Shown here piece by piece: positions 28,263 through 36,898 of a stretch of DNA of 64,000 nt; position 1 is the stretch's first letter; every line of letters starts with the position of its first letter. Position numbers and translations under genes: made by a program. Under the pieces are notes generated by a model. The model worked only from the letters and a program-made list of their open reading frames with translations. It did not search any database and had not been told where the DNA came from. Origin of the DNA: Dehalococcoidia bacterium (GTDB taxonomy: Bacteria; Chloroflexota; Dehalococcoidia; Lucifugimonadales; UBA2985); contig OZ244716.1 in the NCBI GenBank assembly GCA_965219025.1, positions 1,351,812 to 1,415,811 on the forward strand, in the 5' to 3' direction.

Positions 28263-30695
28263 CTAGCGCAGCCTGAACAGGGCCGCCCACTTGATGCGGC
28301 TCCACGCATTCGCCAGCCCGGGCGCCTCGGCGGCATCGGGCCGCACGCCGCCGTACCTGTGGCGCACGTAGGCACGCGTCACAAGCTCCACCTCCGACCG
28401 CGCCTCAGGTAGCAGGCTCGAGAGGCTGTGCGAGTACTCTAGGGCGGTCTGCGAGGACGGCGCGCGGAATCCGAGTAACGTCGCCAGGCGTTGCATCCTG
28501 CGGTAGGCGGCCTGCGCGGACCAGGGCGCGCCGTACTGCGCGACCCACAGAATGCGCATCACCGACGCTCCGGCCAGCATGAAGCCGGCAAACATGAGGC
28601 CGCCCGCGCCCAGCGGCGTCCCGACCCTCACGCCGGGATCCCGCGAAGCCTCCTCGTCCGCGGCCGGGGCATCGGCTTCCACCGCCATCGATAGGTTCCG
28701 CGGCGACAGCTGGTCCGGACCGCGGGGGCGCACGGGGTAGATGGGCGACGGTTCGAACGGCGCCCAGCCCAGGCCGGGGAAGTAGACCTCCGGCCACGAG
28801 TGGTTGTGGCTGTCGCGCACCAGGTACCCCTCCGGGTCGACCTCGCCGGGCGCGAATCCGAGTACCAGCCGCGCGGGTACTCCCTGCGTCCTCAGCATCA
28901 TCGCCATCGCAGAGGCGAAGTAGTCGCTGTAGCTCTCCCTGGACTCGAACAGGAAGTAGTCAACCGCGTCGGCCTCGTTGGGCAGGAAGATTGGGACACT
29001 ACTGTACTCCAGAGTTCGAAGGTAGGACTCCACGGCAAAGGCCATGTCGTACGGGTTGGCCGCGCCGTCGACCAGCTCGTCGGCAAGAGAAGAGACCCTC
29101 TCGGGCAGAGACGGCGGTATCTGTAGGTATCGCTCGACTATGCGTGGAGGGTAGTCCCGCGGGGCGGCGCGCAGTAACGCCTCGTCCGCGATCAGGATGT
29201 CGGAATCGACGGCGTAGCTGTTGCCAAGCCCGAGCTGGCCCTGCGTGGTGAAGAGTACAGGGGAGTCTTCCAGCGGTGCGCGGACAACCTCCAGCGCGAG
29301 GGTCTGGCCGGGGCCGTCCAGGGCGCTCCGCAGGTCCTCCGTGTACGCGGGCGAGCCTGGGTCAACGACTACGACCGACTCCTCGCCGGCAGGTCCGGCC
29401 GACTTGACGACGGCGGAAACGCGCAGGTGGGCGGGCAGCCGCGATACGTCCGGCGACCCCGCCGTGGAAGCCAGCTCCGACTCCAGGGCGCGCAGGTCGC
29501 CGGACAGATCGTCGCTGCGGCCGGGGTCGGCCAGGTCCAGCCGGTGTGCCGACGATGAGGGCGCCTGCAGCTGCGCGTCGGGGTCGACGTCCGCAGGGTT
29601 TCCGGCGATGAACAGGTAAGGCGTCTCCACGTACAGGTATATGGTGTAGGTGGTCGGCCGCGTGATGGGAGGCCCGTCGCTTTCCCCGGAGGCAGGCACT
29701 TCCGGCGGGGGTATCACGTCCAGCGTGGCCGTGTCCTGCACCTTCCAGACCTTGGACGTGTAGTGATCGTATGCCACCGCCGACCAGTAGTACGGATAGT
29801 CGGCCTCCGCAAAGAGGATCGGTTCGGTGCTGTTGGACACCGGCCTCACGAGTGACAGCACGGAGCCCAGGAACCGGACGGAGAGTATCTCACGGTCGCT
29901 TGTGCCGCCAAAGACGCGGCTCACCTCGTCGCGGATCTCGCCTCTGGCGGTCCCGTTAACGGGGTTGTAGAACCAGTCCAGCGGCGAAGATGGCGATTCG
30001 CCGAGGGGTAGCACCGCTGCCAGCACCACCAGGGCAGCGCTGATCCACAGGCCGTGCACCAGCGACCTCCGGTGAAGCGATGCGGGATGCGCCGCGCCCT
30101 GTGCCAGCAGCGCCTCGATCCGTACCCGGCTGGCGGCGTGCGCGATCATGAGCAGGCACAGCAGGAGGAACGTCCACAGGTAGGGAGAGGTGCTTCCGGG
30201 CTGGTAGGTGACGTTGATGATCGTGACGGCGCCCACCGGCAGGAGGGTCATCCACACACTGCGATAGCGCAGAAACGTCAGCGTGGTCAGGTAGGACATG
30301 GCCCACGTGAGGGCCGTTATGGTGACGGACAGAGGCAGCTGGTCCGAGACCCTCTCGCCGCTGCGCAGGGCTGAGATCCAGCCGGAGAGGCCCGAGAGCA
30401 GCGCGTCGAGCTTGTCGAATGGCCCATCGCCTTCGGCGACGAGCGTGCCGCAGGCGCAGGCCACGATAGCGCCGGCGGCCAGGGCCCGAAGGTGCAGGTA
30501 AGCGCGACGTTCACTGGATGCGAAGGCGTGAGCGGCGAGGATGGCGGCCAGGAATGCCGCCGGCGCCAGAAGCGGCGCTTTCACCCAACCTGCGAACTGC
30601 AGCGACGAGGCCGCCGTTACCAGCAGGGCCGCCTGAAGCCAGAAGGCCGCGCCGGTCCTCTGCAGGAAGCGCGGAATGTAGGCTGTTGGTGGCAA
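28263..30695 (-). CDS. transglutaminase-like membrane protein (TgpA/DUF3488-DUF4129 architecture)
   Basis: N-terminal multi-TM region; YFASAMAMMLRTQGVPARLVLGF and HSWPEVYFPGLGWAPFEPSP; the usual catalytic Cys (GYC) appears as SYS. Confidence 0.8.
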   Translation of the reverse strand: MPPTAYIPRFLQRTGAAFWLQAALLVTAASSLQFAGWVKAPLLAPAAFLAAILAAHAFASSERRAYLHLRALAAGAIVACACGTLVAEGDGPFDKLDALLSGLSGWISALRSGERVSDQLPLSVTITALTWAMSYLTTLTFLRYRSVWMTLLPVGAVTIINVTYQPGSTSPYLWTFLLLCLLMIAHAASRVRIEALLAQGAAHPASLHRRSLVHGLWISAALVVLAAVLPLGESPSSPLDWFYNPVNGTARGEIRDEVSRVFGGTSDREILSVRFLGSVLSLVRPVSNSTEPILFAEADYPYYWSAVAYDHYTSKVWKVQDTATLDVIPPPEVPASGESDGPPITRPTTYTIYLYVETPYLFIAGNPADVDPDAQLQAPSSSAHRLDLADPGRSDDLSGDLRALESELASTAGSPDVSRLPAHLRVSAVVKSAGPAGEESVVVVDPGSPAYTEDLRSALDGPGQTLALEVVRAPLEDSPVLFTTQGQLGLGNSYAVDSDILIADEALLRAAPRDYPPRIVERYLQIPPSLPERVSSLADELVDGAANPYDMAFAVESYLRTLEYSSVPIFLPNEADAVDYFLFESRESYSDYFASAMAMMLRTQGVPARLVLGFAPGEVDPEGYLVRDSHNHSWPEVYFPGLGWAPFEPSPIYPVRPRGPDQLSPRNLSMAVEADAPAADEEASRDPGVRVGTPLGAGGLMFAGFMLAGASVMRILWVAQYGAPWSAQAAYRRMQRLATLLGFRAPSSQTALEYSHSLSSLLPEARSEVELVTRAYVRHRYGGVRPDAAEAPGLANAWSRIKWAALFRLR

Positions 30696-30841
30696 GCTAG
30701 GCCTCCGGGCCCGACTCTACCGGGCTGCCGGCCTGCGCGCCGAGGAAGCCTCGCGGCCGCCGGCCGCCGCGGGAGCGGCGCCGGCTACCCTGATCGCTGG
30801 GCGGCCGGCCTCGCTCCCTGCGTGCTCGAGCATGCTCTAGG

Positions 30842-32179
30842 CTACGACGGGACGTTGGAAAGGCAGAGGTAGGCGGAGCTGGTGAAGGGAGCGAAGGCGC
30901 AGATGGCCGTCTCCGCCTTCACGCTGACCTGACGACTGCCGGCGGTCCCTCGGAGCTGCTGGATGCTGTCGATGTACATGGACGTGCGGGTGCGCCCGTT
31001 GCCCAGGTTGCCGCCGCCGGAGCAGAATGGGTGAGGCCCTTCAACGCTGATGTCGCCGTTGAAGAAGTCCCTTGCCTCGCCATAACCCACGTCGTGCCAG
31101 CCGAAGGCCTCCAGGAAGAACGGGAGGAACCAGGAGTAGCCGTCGTACGGGTTGAAGATGTCCACGTCCCTGGGCGTCCAGCCTGAGCCTTCGTAGGCCA
31201 TCTGGGCGGCCATGGCGTTTGCCACCTCCTGCTCGTCGCAGGTGATCTGGCTGCTGCGGGGTCTGCCCGTGTTGCCCTGGTTGTGGTTCATCACGTAGAC
31301 CGGCTTCTGCTTCATGTCCTTCGCGCGCTCCGCAGTGGCGAAGACAAAGGCGCCAACGGCGTTGATCGGCCTGTCGCAGTCCCAGATCTTGATTGGCCAG
31401 AAGGTGGGTCGGGAGTTGAGGTAGTCCTCATGGGTGAGGCCGGAGGCCCCGTTCTGGTAGTAGAAGCTCCAGCCCTCCATGTCGGAATCCTGCTTCATGA
31501 GGCCGTTCCGGTGCTCGTTGATGATGACGGGGGCCATCATGTCGTCCCATTCCACGCCGTACTTGTGGCAGTAGCCCTGTAGCGGCAGCGCGTCCTGCCC
31601 CCCGGCTGCGCCCCACGGCGTGTTCCACTGGCGAGCGCCCCTGGAGTGGTCCTCGGCGTTGTCGCCGCCGCGGCGGTAGCGGCCTTCCAGGTTGTTGGCG
31701 GTGTAGACGTACACCCCGACCTGGTACTTGCCCTCGGCGCAGGCCTGGGCTGCGTAGCCCATCCCCTCACCGATTGCGGGTATGTCGTCCGCCGTGTACG
31801 TCACGTTGGACAGCTCCGGCATCTGGCTCAGGAGCCAGCGGTTGGTGACGATGCTGATGCCCTCCTCGGAGTCGTAGGGCGGCGCGAGGTATGGGCGATA
31901 GGGCCCCCACTGGCCGGCGGGTCCGGCCACGTTGAAGCCGGCCATGTTGTCCGGGCAGCAGAGCAGGCCGTCGACCTCCTCCGGCTTCACGCCCGCGTCG
32001 TCCAGGGCTCGTCGGACTGCCTGTATGGCGTAGGCGCCCAAGATAGTGTCCATGGTGACGCCGTCCCATCGCCGGTCCACCGGCGAGTGGCCCCATCCTG
32101 TGATCGCCACCTTGCCCTGGTGCGGCCAGACGCCCAGGCCGGTCGTGTCCCTTCTCCAGCTAGTTTCCTGTGTGGTCAC
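30842..32179 (-). CDS. thiolase-superfamily protein (SCP-x/Ltp2-like), paralog of 26811-28139
   Basis: VAITGWG, ALDDAGVKPEEVDG, WDCDRPI, NPYDGYS, GGGNLG, QQLRG. Confidence 0.85.
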   Translation of the reverse strand: MTTQETSWRRDTTGLGVWPHQGKVAITGWGHSPVDRRWDGVTMDTILGAYAIQAVRRALDDAGVKPEEVDGLLCCPDNMAGFNVAGPAGQWGPYRPYLAPPYDSEEGISIVTNRWLLSQMPELSNVTYTADDIPAIGEGMGYAAQACAEGKYQVGVYVYTANNLEGRYRRGGDNAEDHSRGARQWNTPWGAAGGQDALPLQGYCHKYGVEWDDMMAPVIINEHRNGLMKQDSDMEGWSFYYQNGASGLTHEDYLNSRPTFWPIKIWDCDRPINAVGAFVFATAERAKDMKQKPVYVMNHNQGNTGRPRSSQITCDEQEVANAMAAQMAYEGSGWTPRDVDIFNPYDGYSWFLPFFLEAFGWHDVGYGEARDFFNGDISVEGPHPFCSGGGNLGNGRTRTSMYIDSIQQLRGTAGSRQVSVKAETAICAFAPFTSSAYLCLSNVPS

Positions 32180-32236
32180 GTTCCACCTCTTTTCTTATGC
32201 GGTGATTGGCTCCGTATCGGCCGTGCGACGCGTTCG

Positions 32237-32644
32237 CTACTCGACCAGCTTCCACTCGTGTATCAGCTGGCCCGGAGCGACCTCTTCGAAGACGATCTCC
32301 ACGGCGGCCCCCACGGGCACCTCTCTGACGGGTACGCCGGGCAGGTTGGAGTAGAAGTTGATTCGGGGGTCGTCATCCAGGGCGATGAGGGCGATGTTGA
32401 AGGGCTGGTCGGGCACGCGCCTCTGGAGCCGGGTGTCCGCGGACACCATGAACGTGGATATATGCCCCTTGCCGCTGGTCTCCTTCCACCCCAGGTTCTC
32501 AGAGTTGCAGTCCTGGCAGCGAGGCCTGGGTGGGTATTGCAGCGTGGGGCAGTCGTTGCAGCTCTGGACCACCAGCTTCCCCTCGTTGACGGCGTCCCAG
32601 AACGGCTTGCTCAAGTCATCGGCCACGGGAATCATCTTTGGCAA
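32237..32644 (-). CDS. DUF35 Zn-ribbon/OB-fold protein (thiolase partner)
   Basis: PFWDA, CNDC...PPRPRCQDC, SGKGHI, VGAAVEIVFE; RBS GAGGAGG, TTG start. Confidence 0.9.
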   Translation of the reverse strand: MPKMIPVADDLSKPFWDAVNEGKLVVQSCNDCPTLQYPPRPRCQDCNSENLGWKETSGKGHISTFMVSADTRLQRRVPDQPFNIALIALDDDPRINFYSNLPGVPVREVPVGAAVEIVFEEVAPGQLIHEWKLVE

Positions 32645-32888
32645 TGGATACCTCCTCTGCGTGCTACCTTTTCGACGACATAATATGCTACTCCGAAGAT
32701 TTCGGCAAGCGGCAGGCGTGCGATGATTGAAGGTCGCGCCGCCGGCCCTCAGGCTTGCCCGCCGTCTTCAGGGGAATGTATACTCATAGGCACCCGCATC
32801 GAGGGGCGTCGAGTGCCTCGCCCGGCCGCCGAGCGTTGATGGGCGCCCAGCCCTGCCCGGCGTGTCACGACGTGCGATTGCGGGACAC

Positions 32889-32965
32889 GGGCGGTTAGCT
32901 CAGCTGGTTAGAGCGCTTGCTTCACACGCAAGAGGTCAGTGGTTCAAGTCCACTACCGCCCACCA
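32889..32965 (+). tRNA. trnV: tRNA-Val (anticodon CAC)
   Basis: GGGCGGT/ACCGCCC acceptor stem, CTTGC-TTCACAC-GCAAG anticodon arm, TTCAAGT T-loop, encoded CCA; 77 nt. Confidence 0.96.
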
Positions 32966-33051
32966 CGACTTGGTAAAAGAAGGCCCTTCACCTTGAGGTT
33001 CAGCCCAAGAGTGTAGACCACAGGGCTAGACTTGCAGCGTCCACCTTCATC

Positions 33052-35013
33052 TTGGAGCTCCAATTGCGAAAGGACATCGGTGGAGTCGGGGGAATCGTGT
33101 CGTTATGCTTAGTGGGTGCCGCTATGCTGTTGGCATGCGACGACGGCCTGCAGATCTCGTCTACTCCCAGCGCTACTTCGATGCCCGTGCCAACACTCGC
33201 TCTGGTTGTCACTTCTACGTCCACACCGGAGCCTTCTCAAACTGAGCCAAGGCCTGTCTACACGCCGACGACTAGTCCGAATTCCACAGCCACGCTTGAG
33301 CCTCGTTTCACGCCTATCAGCAGTGGCCATCTGCACACCTGTGCACTCACTCAGAGTGGAGCCGCCATTTGTTGGGGGAACGATGAGTATGGCCAGTCAT
33401 CACCACCGGATGGCGAGCAGTTCATCTCCATAAGCAGCGGCAGCCGACACACTTGCGCCCTTACTAAAGACAAGACCGCTCTTTGTTGGGGCGACAATGA
33501 ATACGGTCAGTCATCACCGCCAGAGGGCGAGCAGTTCATCTCCATAAGCAGCGGTGGTGATCTGTTCGGCTATTCATTGTTCGACGGACACACCTGTGCG
33601 CTCCGCCGCGACGGCTCCGCCGTTTGCTGGGGAGACAACAGCTCGGGGCAGTCATCGCCACCGGAAGGCGAGCGCTTCACGTCCATCAGCACCGGAGAAG
33701 GGCACACCTGCGCCCTCCGGGAAGATGGGACAGCCGTATGTTGGGGTCATTCAACGGAACCGCCGAAGGAAGAGCAGTTCACCACTATAAGCGCTGGCGA
33801 GGAATACACGTGTGCTCTGCGCGGCGACGGTTCTCCAGTCTGCTGGGGATATGGTCATCATGGGGCGGCAAATCCGCCACAAGAGGAGCGCTTTACTGCT
33901 CTCAGCAGCAGTGAAGGATACGCTTGCGGTTTGAGAAGTGACGGCTCGGTTGCCTGCTGGGGGCTGGTCCCTCCTATAGATGCCTCTCCTCTATGGAATG
34001 ATTTCGGTCAGGCTGCACCGCCGGAGAGTGAACGCTTCACGGCCATTAGCAGCGGGCCGCTCCATACCTGTGCACTTCGAGAGGACGGTACGCCCTTCTG
34101 CTGGGGTGTGGATACGATACCAAAGGGTGGCGAGCGCTTCATACCAGTTGCCGGGCATTGGACATCGGCTGAGATGGATGGAATGCCGGTGGGGAATGAG
34201 CGCTTCACTACAATCAGCAGTGGCAGCCGCCAGACCTGCGCGCTCCGAGAGGATGGCTCCGATCGCTGCTGGGGACCATGGGGCGTGTCCAGCAGATTCC
34301 GGCTCTTGGATGAAAACAGGGACTTCCTGGAGGACGCACGGTTTGCCGCCATCAGCTCTGGGAAGTACTTCGCCTGCGGGCTTCGCGAGAACGGCTCAAT
34401 AGCCTGCTGGAATTCAGGTTTCTGGCAACCCTTCTCACCCCCGGAGGACCACCGCTTTGAAGCGGTCGGTGTTGGGGGTGACACCTGCGCCATTAGGGAT
34501 GACGGCGCTCTCATCTGCTGGGGTTGGTCTTTTGACGATGCAGTTGTGCTGGACGGTGGCCCCATCATCGCGATAAGCCCGGGCTACGACCATGTCTGCG
34601 GGCTACGTGAAGACGGCTCTCCTCATTGCTGGAACTACGTCGAATTCACCCAAGTGTCTGTCCCGGATGGAGAACAATTCACCGCAGTTAGCAGCGGTCG
34701 GGGGTTCGCCTGCGGACTGCGCCAAGATGGGACTCCCGTTTGCTGGGGCCGGGCCACCGACAGTTGGCTATCGCCACCGGAGGGTGAACGTTTCATTGCT
34801 ATAAGTAGTGGTCGTAGTCATAGCTGCGCACTCCGACAGGATGGCTCTCCTGCTTGCTGGGGCGAGAATGGCGCAAACCAGTCATCGCCACCGGAGGGTG
34901 AACGTTTCATCGCCATTAGTAGTGGTGATGACCATAGCTGCGCCCTCCGAGAGGATGGCTCTCCCGTCTGCTGGGGTTGGAGTGACTTCGGCCAAGCCTC
35001 ACCTCCGCGATAA
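33052..35013 (+). CDS. RCC1/BLIP-II repeat beta-propeller lipoprotein
   Basis: Lipobox MLLAC, Pro/Thr linker, about 14 repeats of the type FxxISSGxxHTCALxxDGxxxCWG (about 39 aa); true start may be downstream (33064 or 33097). Confidence 0.85.
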   Translation: MELQLRKDIGGVGGIVSLCLVGAAMLLACDDGLQISSTPSATSMPVPTLALVVTSTSTPEPSQTEPRPVYTPTTSPNSTATLEPRFTPISSGHLHTCALTQSGAAICWGNDEYGQSSPPDGEQFISISSGSRHTCALTKDKTALCWGDNEYGQSSPPEGEQFISISSGGDLFGYSLFDGHTCALRRDGSAVCWGDNSSGQSSPPEGERFTSISTGEGHTCALREDGTAVCWGHSTEPPKEEQFTTISAGEEYTCALRGDGSPVCWGYGHHGAANPPQEERFTALSSSEGYACGLRSDGSVACWGLVPPIDASPLWNDFGQAAPPESERFTAISSGPLHTCALREDGTPFCWGVDTIPKGGERFIPVAGHWTSAEMDGMPVGNERFTTISSGSRQTCALREDGSDRCWGPWGVSSRFRLLDENRDFLEDARFAAISSGKYFACGLRENGSIACWNSGFWQPFSPPEDHRFEAVGVGGDTCAIRDDGALICWGWSFDDAVVLDGGPIIAISPGYDHVCGLREDGSPHCWNYVEFTQVSVPDGEQFTAVSSGRGFACGLRQDGTPVCWGRATDSWLSPPEGERFIAISSGRSHSCALRQDGSPACWGENGANQSSPPEGERFIAISSGDDHSCALREDGSPVCWGWSDFGQASPPR

Positions 35014-35088
35014 GGCGCTTCTACTGAGCCATGAGTGCCTTCTATCGTTACAGCATTGCCAGCTACCGAATTATTCGCAGTTCAGTGC

Positions 35089-35219
35089 GCCTTGACCCAC
35101 CATGCGCTAAACTTGTCCGAGCCAGCGAAGAGTCCTTCGAAGTTTTCGCATCGCAAACACCGTTAACTCTTCTCCGACGGTTCGTCGCAGGGCTTGTCAA
35201 GTTAGCTTAATCGTTAAGC
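35089..35219 (+). other. degenerate integron attC site
   Basis: 3' end GTTAGCTTAATC-GTTAAGC (core GTTRRRY at 35213-35219); imperfect arms GCTAAACTTG/CAAGTTAGC, AGCC/GGCT, GAAGAGT/ACTCTTC; 5' inverse core eroded (GCCTTGAC). Confidence 0.55.
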
Positions 35220-35922
35220 CGAAATTGAATCGAGCACAAGAGTGAAGAAGTACATTCTCTTTGACCATGATGGGGTTCTGGTCGAAACGGAACAGTGGTA
35301 TTACCTGGCAAACAAACGAGCGCTGGCATCTCTCGGAATTGATCTCCCGCGAGACGCATATTTGGTGAATATGGCCAATGGAGTTTCCGCGTGGGAGGCT
35401 GCACGAGTTTCAGGAATATCCGAATCTGAAATCAAACGTGGCCGAGAACTAAGAAACCGATACTACCAGGAATACCTGATGACCGAAGACATCGAAATCG
35501 AGGGTGTCCTGCAAACACTGGCCGAACTCGCTGGTACGTACAGGATGGGTATCGTTACCACATCCAAACGACCTGACTTCGCCCTGATACACGAAAAGCG
35601 ATCCATTCTGGACTATATGGAATTCTATCTGACTGAGGAAGATTACGAGCGAGCCAAACCACATCCCGAACCCTACCTGAGAGGGCTCCAACGCTTTGGC
35701 GCTACTGCCGCTGAAACGGTAGTTGTTGAAGACTCGGCCAGGGGGTTGAAGTCAGCAATAGCGGCCGGTATTGACTGCATCGTGGTTGCAAACGAGTTCA
35801 CTGCATCTCACGATTTGTCCAAAGCAACTGCCAAGGTCGATACGTTTAGGGAATTGCCATCTACTATTAGGGGCTTAACAAGTTTAGCCAGGCGACGCTG
35901 AAAAGCGCGCCTGCCAAAAGCG
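35214..35922 (+). mobile_element. integron-type gene cassette carrying the HAD phosphatase
   Basis: Core GTTAAGCC at the 5' end is the exact reverse complement of the inverse core GGCTTAAC at the 3' end; single promoterless AT-rich ORF. Confidence 0.72.
35242..35901 (+). CDS. HAD-superfamily phosphatase (Cof/BPGM-like, family IA)
   Basis: LFDHDGVLVET, VTTS, AKPHPEPY, VVEDSARG. Confidence 0.9.
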   Translation: MKKYILFDHDGVLVETEQWYYLANKRALASLGIDLPRDAYLVNMANGVSAWEAARVSGISESEIKRGRELRNRYYQEYLMTEDIEIEGVLQTLAELAGTYRMGIVTTSKRPDFALIHEKRSILDYMEFYLTEEDYERAKPHPEPYLRGLQRFGATAAETVVVEDSARGLKSAIAAGIDCIVVANEFTASHDLSKATAKVDTFRELPSTIRGLTSLARRR

Positions 35923-35928
35923 TTAGGT
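35873..35928 (+). other. integron attC site (56 bp)
   Basis: R'' GCTTAAC ... R' GTTAGGT; arms TTTAGCCAGGCG-A-CGC / GCG-CGCCTGCCAAA with unpaired C and A as in canonical attC. Confidence 0.78.
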
Positions 35929-36111
35929 GTTAGGAGACGATAGTCATAGAATGGTTGAGCCTCCAACCCTGGCGGATCGGAAGCTCGTGAGGCGCCTTCC
36001 GGAGTCGCTTGACCGCCTCCTCAGATACGAACCTCCCACCGAATAGCTCGCAAATCAGTACGCCTTTTAGCTCCACCACCTTCAGCTGGACTAGTTCAGA
36101 GATTGCTCGAT

Positions 36112-36804
36112 TCAGCCTGACTTGCGTGCGAAGAGGACGCAGTGGTCCATCGGCTTGGGATCCTTGAAGTAGATGACGCCTCCCAGCTTGCCGCCCTCCG
36201 GCGCCACCACGCTCAGGCCACGGTCTGCCAGGATGCCGACGACTTGGTCAACGCCGTAAAGCTGGAATGTCCTGTCCGCGTCGTAGTCCTTGTCGTACAC
36301 CGTTGCAACGCCGACACCGATCTTGAACATGAGTTGCAGAACGCCACCATTCCCAAGCACCCTGATGAACTCCGGCAGAGTGACGCCCAGGGTCGTCTCC
36401 GGGTCGATGTGCTGGATGACGGCGTTGCACGTCAGAAAGTCGAAGCGGGCGTCGGGGAACGCCAGGGGCTTTCGGAGATCGGCAACGGACACCCTCGCCG
36501 CTATCTCCGGGTGGAGCCTGCGAGCCTCCGCGACGTTTTCCTCGACTGCGTCCACGCCGTAGATGTCGTAGCCCTTCTGCCAGTAGAAGTACACGTCCCG
36601 TGCGCCTGCGCCACAGCCGGCGTCCAGCCCCCTGGAACCGGCGGGGACGAGGTCCTGCAGCCGTTCCGCGAGGTCCATGTCGCTCTTGAGGGCCGGATGA
36701 GAGACGTCGGTATACACCGACTGGATGAAGTTGTGGCTGACCTCGGCGTAGCGCCGTGCGTGGTGTCTGTAGAACGACTCTGAGTAATCGGGTTTCTGAT
36801 TCAT
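36112..36804 (-). CDS. class I SAM-dependent methyltransferase
   Basis: GLDAGCGAGARD, YGVDA, FDFLTCNAVIQH. Confidence 0.88.
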   Translation of the reverse strand: MNQKPDYSESFYRHHARRYAEVSHNFIQSVYTDVSHPALKSDMDLAERLQDLVPAGSRGLDAGCGAGARDVYFYWQKGYDIYGVDAVEENVAEARRLHPEIAARVSVADLRKPLAFPDARFDFLTCNAVIQHIDPETTLGVTLPEFIRVLGNGGVLQLMFKIGVGVATVYDKDYDADRTFQLYGVDQVVGILADRGLSVVAPEGGKLGGVIYFKDPKPMDHCVLFARKSG

Positions 36805-36898
36805 CGGCGCAACCTCAATGGATGGGCTGTACTTTACCGCCAGGCAGGTCTATGAGCGGCTCGATATTGGTCTGCCTGTGCAATCCGGTCGCCGGCCC

